From: Gemmatimonadota bacterium
GTDB taxonomy: Bacteria; Gemmatimonadota; Gemmatimonadetes; Gemmatimonadales; GWC2-71-9
NCBI GenBank assembly: GCA_039586365.1
Contig: JBDHKN010000060.1
Span: forward strand, 1-30,073
Length of the DNA: 30,073 nucleotides
Reading direction: 5' to 3'
Below, piece by piece: positions 7,520 to 15,176 of the stretch. Numbering within the stretch: position 1 is the stretch's first letter; each line of letters starts with the position of its first letter. A program made the position numbers and the translations under genes. The notes under the pieces were generated by a model that saw only the letters and a list, made by a program, of their open reading frames with translations, searched no databases and had not been told where the DNA came from.

Positions 7520-8860
7520 ATGTCGGGTGCGCAGACACATCGCAACAAGGAACTCGGTCTCTGGATGAGTACCTCGTTGGTCGTGGGCAACATGATAGGT
7601 TCGGGAGTCTTCCTGCTGCCCGCCGCTCTCGGTGTCTATGGCGGAATCAGTCTTGTGGGCTGGCTCGTTACCGCCGCGGGAGCCATCCTGCTGGCCCTGG
7701 TGTTTGCCAAGCTGAGTCGGATCATGCCCAAGGTCGGCGGACCATATGCGTACACCCGGCGGGGCTTTGGTGACTTCGCAGGTTTCCTCGTTGCCTGGGG
7801 CTATTGGATCTCTATCTGGACCAGCAACGCTGCGATTTCGGTAGCGTTCGTCAGCTATTTGACCGTGTTTTGGCCCGCGCTGGCAGACAGCGGTGTGTTG
7901 GCTGCTGTGGTGGCCATCTTGGCGATCTGGTTGCTCAGCTGGGTGAATTCGGCCGGAATACGCAACGCCGGTTTCGTGCAACTGATCACCACGGTCCTCA
8001 AGCTCCTGCCATTGGTTGCGATCGCAACCTTGGGATTTGCATTCTTCAACGTGGAGCACTTCCGGCCGTTCAATATGAGCGGTGAATCCAGCTTCGCAGC
8101 CATATCCGCTACAGTGGCGCTCACGCTGTGGGCATTCTTGGGATTGGAGTCGGCCACGGTACCGGCGAACCACGTCAAGGATCCCACACGCACGATTCCC
8201 CGGGCGACAGTGCTGGGAACGGCAATCGCGGCACTCGTTTACATCCTGGGCACGGTCGCGGTCATGGGTGTCATCCCGCCCGGCGAACTAGCACATTCCA
8301 ATGCTCCCTACGCCGACGCAGCGCGGGAGATGTGGGGTTCATGGGCTGGTTACCTGGTAGCTGCCGGTGCCGCGGTCTCCTGTTTCGGTGCATTGAATGG
8401 GTGGATCCTAATGCAGGGTCAGATCCCGTTCGCCGCTGCACAGGATGGGATCTTCCCGAGAGCGTTTGCACGCCTGTCCGTCAGAGGCACTCCCACTCCC
8501 GCGATCGTGATATCGAGTGTGTTGGTCACCGTGCTGATCGGGATGAACTACACCAGGGGATTAGTGGAGCAGTTCAACTTCATCATCCTATTGGCCGCAT
8601 TGAACACCCTGATCGCGTATACGCTGTCGTGTATGTCGGAGTTGATGATCTTCATCACGGAACGAGAGCAGTTCGACGGTACCCGACTGGTGGGGTCGTC
8701 TATTATCGCAGCGCTGGCGTTCCTGTATTCGCTCTGGGCGATTGCTGGGGCAGGGCGGGATATCGTGTATCTGGGTTTGCTCCTCCTCATGGCAGGCGTT
8801 CCGGTGTATGTATGGATTGTCTGGCGTCGCACGGCCGCGTCGGAGGACGTCACGGTATGA
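7520..8860 (+). CDS. APC-family amino acid permease (AdiC/PotE/CadB-like basic amino acid/polyamine antiporter)
   Basis: ATG 7520 after GGAAGGA; GNMIGSGVFLLPA, GGPYAY, LWAFLGLESA, PTRTIPRAT, ALNGW; about 12 TM segments. Confidence 0.93.
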   Translation: MSGAQTHRNKELGLWMSTSLVVGNMIGSGVFLLPAALGVYGGISLVGWLVTAAGAILLALVFAKLSRIMPKVGGPYAYTRRGFGDFAGFLVAWGYWISIWTSNAAISVAFVSYLTVFWPALADSGVLAAVVAILAIWLLSWVNSAGIRNAGFVQLITTVLKLLPLVAIATLGFAFFNVEHFRPFNMSGESSFAAISATVALTLWAFLGLESATVPANHVKDPTRTIPRATVLGTAIAALVYILGTVAVMGVIPPGELAHSNAPYADAAREMWGSWAGYLVAAGAAVSCFGALNGWILMQGQIPFAAAQDGIFPRAFARLSVRGTPTPAIVISSVLVTVLIGMNYTRGLVEQFNFIILLAALNTLIAYTLSCMSELMIFITEREQFDGTRLVGSSIIAALAFLYSLWAIAGAGRDIVYLGLLLLMAGVPVYVWIVWRRTAASEDVTV

Positions 8861-9735
8861 TAGCAGCTGTGCAGTCAGAGGTGGCGGTCATCAAGCTCTT
8901 GCTGCTCAAGCACGCCAATGATGCTTTCGTGAGCGACAGTACCGTGAGGCGACAGTGGCACGACCTGGGCTATACGGCCTGTCCCGACTTCACTCGAGCC
9001 GTCGAAGAATACGATCGGTTTGTCAGGCTGCTGGAGAGATTCGGTATTGAAATCGTGTTCCTCCCGGCTGACGACCGAGTCGGTCTGGACTCCATCTACG
9101 TGCGAGATGCCTCGATCGTTTGCAGTGGAGGAGCCATCTTGTGCAACATGGGCAAAGCGGGCCGGCGCAGTGAACCGCAAGTTCAGGATTGTGCTTTGCG
9201 AAAGGCCGGACTGCCGATCCTGGGCAGGATCACAGGTGACGGAACAGTTGAGGGCGGAGATGTCGTGTGGCTCGATGACCGTACTGTGGCGGTCGGTCGT
9301 GGATACCGCACCAACGATGCGGGGATCGAACAACTCCGGGATATACTCGACGATTGCATCGACGAATTCATCGTAGTACCGCTGCCGCACTGGCGAGGCC
9401 AGGATGACGTGTTCCACTTGATGTCGATCCTAAGCCCGATTGATCACGACTTGGCGCTGGTCTATTCGCCCTTGCTACCCGTTCCGTTTCGGGAACAACT
9501 CTTGGCGCGCGGCATTGAGCTTGTCGAGGTCGCGGACCAGGAGTTCGAGACGATGGGATGCAATGTATTGGCTGTGGCTCCTCGTAAGTGCATCATGCTG
9601 TCAGGGAACGCCGCGACGCTGGCACGGCTCGAGCGGGTTGGCGCCGAGGTCCATCAGTTCGAGGGGGTGGAGATCTGCGTGAAAGGATCCGGTGGGCCGA
9701 CTTGTCTAACGCGGCCGATAGTGCGGGGATGGTGA
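8857..9735 (+). CDS. Pentein/amidinotransferase-family enzyme (dimethylarginine dimethylaminohydrolase / arginine deiminase-like), 292 aa
   Basis: ATGA overlap with the permease stop, GGAGGA at 8842-8847; motifs DSIYVRD, EGGD, GRGYRTN, FHL, GGPTCLTRP (catalytic Cys). Confidence 0.9.
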   Translation: MIAAVQSEVAVIKLLLLKHANDAFVSDSTVRRQWHDLGYTACPDFTRAVEEYDRFVRLLERFGIEIVFLPADDRVGLDSIYVRDASIVCSGGAILCNMGKAGRRSEPQVQDCALRKAGLPILGRITGDGTVEGGDVVWLDDRTVAVGRGYRTNDAGIEQLRDILDDCIDEFIVVPLPHWRGQDDVFHLMSILSPIDHDLALVYSPLLPVPFREQLLARGIELVEVADQEFETMGCNVLAVAPRKCIMLSGNAATLARLERVGAEVHQFEGVEICVKGSGGPTCLTRPIVRGW

Positions 9736-9934
9736 TGAGATGAGGTGCATTCCCGAGAGTGCCAGAGCGCAGACGCCATAGCCCCGCCTACGCTTCAGCG
9801 CTGTCCGATCCGCGACTGAGACATAGGTGCAGGTGTTCAGTGCCTCCGGATAGAAGGGTGGTGTGGCTTTCCGCTACACGGCTGTGAAGTGGAGCTGACG
9901 GGGGCACTTTGAAGTGCTACAGTCGGTGACCCTC

Positions 9935-9973
9935 AAGAACAGAAACTCCGCAACCACGCTGTGGTTGCGGAGT
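9935..9973 (-). terminator. Intrinsic terminator for the DUF4384 gene (possibly bidirectional)
   Basis: Perfect 13-bp stem ACTCCGCAACCAC/GTGGTTGCGGAGT (9945-9973), followed on the minus strand by TTCTGTTCTT. Confidence 0.75.
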
Positions 9974-10007
9974 CACCGTTCTCAGCCGGGGAGATCTAGC
10001 TCAGGCC

Positions 10008-11711
10008 CTACGGCTTCCTCCGGGAACTGGTCGAGGAGCTTGGCTTACGAGCAGCGGTCGAGGTCGTCGGCTTACGAGTGGACGAGGATCTCGCGGCTGG
10101 CCTGCTGACCTTCGGCGCTGTCCTAGCCGGTGTGCTCGACCGTACCGGTGCACTCCGTGTGGGTGCCGGACGAGATCGCACGCTGCCGCTACTGGAAGCC
10201 GGTGATGGACGCCGCACGGTCGTGGAACGCGTAGCGCTCCGCGACGTCGGGCTTGACCTAGAGGTCGAGCGCGCCGAGGGTACCGACCTGCTTGTCGTGG
10301 GCGTAGCTCGACGCGCCGTCGCGGAGGTCGAACGCGATGAAGGTGTCGACCTGCTGGTAATGGGCGTGGCCCGACGCGCCGTGGGCGTCTGACGCCCAGC
10401 CTGAGCGCCTGAGGGTCGGGCCTGCGACGAAGTCGTTGTGCGGGTTGTAGGGCTGACCCGGCGAGCGGACGTGGGCTGCCTGGTTGCGCCCGCATTCGGG
10501 GCCACCCGCTCGCGCGACGATTCCGCCGTGCGCTGGGTTACGTCGACCGTTCTGCGTGCCGTGGCACCGGTCACGTCACGACTCGTGGTGCGTCGGCTCA
10601 CCTCTGGCATCGTGCGACGCGGAGTCGTTGCGCTGGTTCTCGACCCAGTGGTTGCCGCCGAAGTCGGCGCCAGACGTCTAGTACTCGGACTGGAGCTGGT
10701 AGTGACTCGTCTAGTACCCGCACTGGAACCGCTAGCGACTCGTCTGACACCTGCGCTCGGCGTGGTTGCCAACCGCCTGGTCCGACTGGCAGCGTTAGAT
10801 GGTGCCGTCCGCGGGGTGAATCTGAGTCGCGCATCCGGCAACACGTAGCGCGTGGTGTAGGTGTAGTTGTTGTAGTACCGTGGATGAGTGTTCCAGCCGT
10901 TGTAGTACCAATCGTAGCCGTACCAGTTGTTGCCGTACCAGTAGTTATTCCAATACCCATACGGGCTGTACCAGGGATCGTACCACCATGAGTAGTAGTA
11001 TCGGCTCCGCACGTACCGGTAGGACGGCCACCCATAGAAGTTCACGCCAAAACCGAACCGCCAATCCCAGTACCAGTCATCCCAGAACCCGTAATTGTAG
11101 TAAGGGTAGCCGTACAACGAATAGGCGTGAGAGGGATACCCGCTGTACAGCGTCAAGTGCACGGCTTGGTCGGAGGCCACACTGACATCCCAGACGTTGT
11201 ATTGCATGATGTCGTAGTCAAAGTAGGCTCCCGATGCCATCTGCAGCACGAGGTCGGTCAGCTCGGCCTCGGCGTCCTCCAGCACCCACCAAGTGTCGGG
11301 CTGTCCGTAATCCCAGTGGTCGGCTCGCATGAACTGATCGAACCGAAAGGGATCCCGTGAATAGGCCGCGTAGACAGTGCCGACTCCGTTCGAACTGTAA
11401 ATCCGGAACGCCTCACGGTCGCCCCGATCGCGGATCTCGAACTTGTCACGGGCCCTAACGTAGTTGTCGAACATCGGGTCTACCGGGAATAGGACCCTGA
11501 TGCGCCCGTCCGGCTCCGCGTGGAGGACCAGCAGATAGCCGTCCATCTCTGCGCGCGCGTGCACCTTCACCCGATCGCCCAGCCGGGCGTCCTTCTTGTT
11601 GACCCAGACCTGTACGGGTGGATCCGCCTGTTGCAGCACGGCGCTGCTTGCGGTGATGTTGACTGCCCCACTAGTGGGAACCAAGAGGGACAGTAGTGCG
11701 ACGCTCAGCAT
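10008..11711 (-). CDS. Exported DUF4384-like domain protein with a Tyr/Trp/Gly-rich block and a long Arg/Ser/Thr-rich low-complexity tail
   Basis: GGAGG then ATG; signal peptide; GDRVKVHARAEMDGYLLVLHAEPDGRIRVLFP matches DUF4384-type N-termini; compositional blocks visible in the translation. Confidence 0.8.
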   Translation of the reverse strand: MLSVALLSLLVPTSGAVNITASSAVLQQADPPVQVWVNKKDARLGDRVKVHARAEMDGYLLVLHAEPDGRIRVLFPVDPMFDNYVRARDKFEIRDRGDREAFRIYSSNGVGTVYAAYSRDPFRFDQFMRADHWDYGQPDTWWVLEDAEAELTDLVLQMASGAYFDYDIMQYNVWDVSVASDQAVHLTLYSGYPSHAYSLYGYPYYNYGFWDDWYWDWRFGFGVNFYGWPSYRYVRSRYYYSWWYDPWYSPYGYWNNYWYGNNWYGYDWYYNGWNTHPRYYNNYTYTTRYVLPDARLRFTPRTAPSNAASRTRRLATTPSAGVRRVASGSSAGTRRVTTSSSPSTRRLAPTSAATTGSRTSATTPRRTMPEVSRRTTSRDVTGATARRTVDVTQRTAESSRERVAPNAGATRQPTSARRVSPTTRTTTSSQARPSGAQAGRQTPTARRATPITSRSTPSSRSTSATARRATPTTSRSVPSARSTSRSSPTSRSATRSTTVRRPSPASSSGSVRSRPAPTRSAPVRSSTPARTAPKVSRPAARSSSTRKPTTSTAARKPSSSTSSRRKP

Positions 11712-11866
11712 AACAACCTCCGCTCTCCGTCGGCTGACCGTATGCGGCTCTTCTAAACTGCGGTACGGGAGGCAAACCCGCCAGACTTAGGCAGGTAACG
11801 ATGCGGCCTCTCGCGCCATGTCCGGCCGCACACCGGAGCGGACAGTCCGCTCCGCTAATGAATCAT

Positions 11867-11882
11867 AGCGAGATGCATGCCA
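11867..11882 (-). promoter_or_regulatory. Putative sigma54 (-24/-12) promoter
   Basis: Minus strand TGGCATGCATCTCGCT has exact GG-N10-GC spacing and faces the DUF4384 gene. Confidence 0.65.
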
Positions 11883-11887
11883 TAACG

Positions 11888-11951
11888 TAAGTCTTTATTT
11901 GTCAATTATTTAATAACTGAGACAGGGCCAAAACCGTCCCCTTTTCGGGAC
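11888..11951. promoter_or_regulatory. AT-rich IHF-like site and palindromic enhancer-like site upstream of the sigma54 motif
   Basis: TGTCAATTATTTA (11900-11912) matches WATCAANNNNTTR at 8 of 9 specified positions; palindrome GTCCC-N6-GGGAC at 11936-11951. Confidence 0.5.
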
Positions 11952-11981
11952 AAGACTGTCGCATGCTGTCCTTCCGCCTGG

Positions 11982-13577
11982 CTACCGCTCCTCCGGCACC
12001 AGCCGCCGCCTGACCGCTGGGGGCAATATTGCCCAGGCGAACCGGATCGGCACACCGCGCTGGGTCTGGAACGGATCTCCGGGAGCGGGAGATCGCACAC
12101 TGGCGTAATGGATTGCCACAACCTGCTGGTGCCCGTCGATCAGGGGACCACCGCTTCCGCCCACTGTGGTGGCTGCCGTGTGGATGACTTCTGTTCCCGT
12201 GGTGTCACTGATGCTTCCGTTGGTGATGAGGGGCTGGATCAATCGTCGGTTGGCGAGCTCCTCGGCGAGCCGGCGGGCGTCGTCTCCAGCAGTGTTCAGG
12301 ATATCAGCCCGGTCCTCCCGACTCACACGAAACAGCAGGTTGTGTACCCCGGTCGGGTATCCGATGAGCAACAGCTCGTCCCCGGGAATGGGCTCACTGT
12401 TGGCCGGTGCTAGAGGAAGCGCGGGCCGTTTCGGTCCATCCCCCAGTACCCTGAGCAGCGCCACGTCGGCATCGGGGGATATCTGGCTGACTACTAGTGG
12501 CCGGGACTCATCGCCGGGCGGGAAGTAGGCACGCAAGTCGATGAAGCGGCCGGTCACGTCGAGTCCTCGTGAGCGGATGAGGTCTAGCTGCTCGTCCTCT
12601 TCCCAAGGCACTGCAACGTGCCTGTTGCTGATCAAGAACCCCGCTGTGTCCACCAGGAATCCGGTGGCAGTACCCTGGCGTTGCAGCGGCGGCCCAGACC
12701 CGCCGAACGTGATGCTCGGAGTGAGGCCACCGTCAGGCCGTACTGTCATAACGACCTCGCCGGCGTCATCCACCTCGTAGCGCAGGAATCTGGTTCCTCG
12801 CTCCTCGGCGAAACCATACGTGAACACGATCAGGGCCACGCCCTGGCTGAAGTCGCGGATCGTGCTCGGACCTAGCCTCAGGTTCGTCTGCTCCTGGGCC
12901 AGGGCGGCATTCAGTGATGCGGCTTGGCTTTGGACTTGAGCCAGTGTTTCCTCCAGCGCCGAGCGGGACTCCCGCTCGGTTGCCAAGGTTGCGGATAGGG
13001 CCGTCAGGGTTCTCTGGAGATTGGTCTTGCTCAGTTGCTGGAGAACTAGAACAGTGCTGAGACCGACCAGTGTGACGGCGGCAACGGCACCGAGCAGACG
13101 GCGGGTGCGTTTCGCCCGCCGCACCGCCATGACCACGAGTTCACGAGTGGTAGTCAGGGGATTGGGCTCGAAGACCGACGGTGCCGTATCACTGTCGCGC
13201 CGTCTGGTCTGCTTCAGCAGCTCGATTGCCTCGGCCATCTCTTGAGGATCGAGCGTCGGCGACGCTCCGGTGCCGACCTCGACCAGGAATCGCGCGCCAG
13301 GACCACCGGCTCCAAACTGAATCAGATCCTTGTCAGCCAGCTCACGTTCTCGGATGGACTCCCCGTTCACGTAGGTCCCGTTGCGGCTCCCGTCGTCCCT
13401 GATCACGAAGCGTCCGTTGCGGTAGTAAAGTGTCGCGTGCCGGGCCGACACGAGCACGTCTTCGGACCCGAAAGTGATTGTCCGACCTACCTGGCGCCCG
13501 AATGTAACGTCTTCGGTTCCCAGATCGTGGGCGGTACCCGCTCGACTTCCAGTTAGAATCACCAGCCGCGCCGTCAT
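11982..13577 (-). CDS. FHA domain - TM - coiled coil - trypsin-like (S1) serine peptidase
   Basis: FHA motifs FGR, VSARHA, GSRNGTYVNG; one TM after RRAKRTRR; heptad-rich segment; triad SNRHVA / DVALL / GGSGGP. ATG 13577 fits the GGAGG spacing better than GTG 13583. Confidence 0.88.
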   Translation of the reverse strand: MTARLVILTGSRAGTAHDLGTEDVTFGRQVGRTITFGSEDVLVSARHATLYYRNGRFVIRDDGSRNGTYVNGESIRERELADKDLIQFGAGGPGARFLVEVGTGASPTLDPQEMAEAIELLKQTRRRDSDTAPSVFEPNPLTTTRELVVMAVRRAKRTRRLLGAVAAVTLVGLSTVLVLQQLSKTNLQRTLTALSATLATERESRSALEETLAQVQSQAASLNAALAQEQTNLRLGPSTIRDFSQGVALIVFTYGFAEERGTRFLRYEVDDAGEVVMTVRPDGGLTPSITFGGSGPPLQRQGTATGFLVDTAGFLISNRHVAVPWEEDEQLDLIRSRGLDVTGRFIDLRAYFPPGDESRPLVVSQISPDADVALLRVLGDGPKRPALPLAPANSEPIPGDELLLIGYPTGVHNLLFRVSREDRADILNTAGDDARRLAEELANRRLIQPLITNGSISDTTGTEVIHTAATTVGGSGGPLIDGHQQVVAIHYASVRSPAPGDPFQTQRGVPIRFAWAILPPAVRRRLVPEER

Positions 13578-13611
13578 CCACACCTCCGGATCACTGTTGG
13601 GTATACATCGT

Positions 13612-13641
13612 AGCGTAAATGTCGCCGAGTATGCGTGTCAA
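13612..13641 (-). promoter_or_regulatory. Putative sigma70 promoter TTGACA-N18-TACGCT
   Basis: Perfect -35 and TAnnnT -10 about 35 nt upstream of the FHA-protease start. Confidence 0.5.
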
Positions 13642-13727
13642 GCAAAGCAGACGGACTCCGCTTTGGGGGGGTCTCTGACTATCTTGTTCCGCTCGGTTGC
13701 ACACATGTTCGCCAGGAGTGATTGCCC

Positions 13728-14225
13728 ATGCCGCTAGTTGATTTTTCAGAGCTGCCAGATGACGCCCGGCTCTGGGTCTTCCCGGCTTCCAAACCCTTGA
13801 GCGCTGCCGAGAGCGAGCGGCTGCTCAGTACCGTCGACGAGTTCCTGGAAACCTGGGTGGCCCACGGTTCACCCCTTCAGACGTCGCGCGATTGGCGGCT
13901 CGGCCAGTTTCTTCTCGTGGCAGTCGACGAGGCGGCGACAGGTGTATCAGGCTGCTCGGTCGACGCTCTGGTAAGGTGTTTGAGGCGAGTGGAACGCGAC
14001 TTGGACCTCAGCTTGACTGACCACGGCCCAGTGTTCTTCCGTGATCGAGACGACGTGCGCTCCGTTTCGCGGAACGAGTTCGCTGAGCTGGCCCGATCGG
14101 CAGCAGTGGGACCGACCACGACCGTGTTTGACAACACCGTGGCGAATGTGGGCGCGTTGCGGGCAGGACGATGGGAGACCCCGGCAGCGGAGGCGTGGCA
14201 CGGAAAAGCGTTCTTTGCGAGGTAA
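13728..14225 (+). CDS. Hypothetical protein (W-x-AHG and SGCSVD motifs)
   Basis: AGGAG upstream; resembles from memory a Bacteroidota/Gemmatimonadota family often labelled 'ABC transporter ATPase', but no Walker motifs are present. Confidence 0.8.
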   Translation: MPLVDFSELPDDARLWVFPASKPLSAAESERLLSTVDEFLETWVAHGSPLQTSRDWRLGQFLLVAVDEAATGVSGCSVDALVRCLRRVERDLDLSLTDHGPVFFRDRDDVRSVSRNEFAELARSAAVGPTTTVFDNTVANVGALRAGRWETPAAEAWHGKAFFAR

Positions 14226-14275
14226 GCGGTCAGTGCACGACCCTCACCGTCCTTCTCCCGGCTCGCAAACAGGCG

Positions 14276-14302
14276 TGAAACCCCTCTACGCGGTGTTACG
14301 TA
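14276..14302 (+). promoter_or_regulatory. Putative ECF sigma promoter TGAAAC-N17-CGTA
   Basis: TGAAAC ccctctacgcggtgtta CGTAAG, about 44 nt upstream of ATG 14346; resembles the B. subtilis SigW consensus TGAAAC-N16/17-CGTA. Confidence 0.6.
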
Positions 14303-14345
14303 AGGGTTTATGAGCATTACCCACTGACTTCCCGGAGCTTACAAC

Positions 14346-14960
14346 ATGAGGCCCATACGTAGGTTGATAATCAGCATCGGTGCCCCCCTCATCCTCGTGG
14401 TGGGGCTAGGAGTTGCCTGGGGTGTTCGCAAGGGTTCCGCCATGGTCCACGAGTTGGAAACGTGGGGTCAGGAGTGGGAGCACAGCTCGGAACCGGTGCG
14501 GCTCCACGTCGCGGATTTTCCCGTCATTTCCACGCTCTACGTGGACGGAGACAAGATGGGCAAATTCGAGGACGTCGTGATCATGCGACACGAACCACGC
14601 AAGGTCGACAGCCTGCGCATCGTAGTGAGCGTCCCTGACGCAGCAAAAGCTGCGCAACTGAGCGATTGCCAGTTGATGATCGACCCGCAGGCTCTGGAAG
14701 ACACTTTCCCGCTGGAAGGCTGGAAGCAGGTGATGAACTGCGTCACCGATACCGCAGGCCTAGTGCGGTTCGGCAGCATGGTGCTCGACGGGCTCGACGA
14801 AGAACTGACACTGATGTTGGAGCAACACAATCTGCCGTGTGACCACATGAGTGATATAGAGGCTTGCGGTGATCTCGATCGGCTGCGCGATGATATGGTG
14901 CGGCTAGGGGAGCAAATCAAGCGCGACGTGAGAAAACGGGTCAGGGTCAGAAGGAACTAG
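14346..14960 (+). CDS. Hypothetical membrane-anchored protein
   Basis: GGAG before ATG; basic N-terminus plus one TM helix; four Cys in the soluble part; own promoter motif and terminator. Confidence 0.75.
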   Translation: MRPIRRLIISIGAPLILVVGLGVAWGVRKGSAMVHELETWGQEWEHSSEPVRLHVADFPVISTLYVDGDKMGKFEDVVIMRHEPRKVDSLRIVVSVPDAAKAAQLSDCQLMIDPQALEDTFPLEGWKQVMNCVTDTAGLVRFGSMVLDGLDEELTLMLEQHNLPCDHMSDIEACGDLDRLRDDMVRLGEQIKRDVRKRVRVRRN

Positions 14961-14982
14961 CCGATACGGCGACAGGCAGACA

Positions 14983-15026
14983 AAGCACCCTCGCTTGGCT
15001 CCTGCCGGAGCGGGGGTGCTTCTTTT
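14983..15026 (+). terminator. Intrinsic terminator
   Basis: AAGCACCCTCGCT/AGCGGGGGTGCTT stem followed by CTTTT. Confidence 0.65.
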
Positions 15027-15176
15027 GCCACGTAGGTGCAGGCCCAACGGTGTCCCATCTCTTCCTGCCAAACAGGATAGTCCCAACATTCCCACTCGCC
15101 CTTGGGCGTAAGGTCAGTTGCCGTTTCAGTAATTGTCGTCTTTCGCTTAGCGGCCATTCAGCTCAGATTCTGCGGC

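Noticed and set aside
8128..8856. 535-aa version of the pentein ORF
   Set aside because: First 243 codons overlap the permease in another frame; likely true start is ATG 8857 with GGAGGA.
11735..11800. c-di-GMP-I riboswitch (GGCAAACC) or group II intron domain V (CCGTATGCG...GTACGG) resemblance
   Set aside because: On the strand opposite the gene, lacking the GACGCAAA and GAAA tetraloop elements; no intron-encoded protein.
14346..14960. MlaD/MCE domain call for the membrane-anchored protein
   Set aside because: Only weak by-eye similarity (LYVDGDKMGKFEDV) and no mlaE/mlaF neighbours; needs HHpred.
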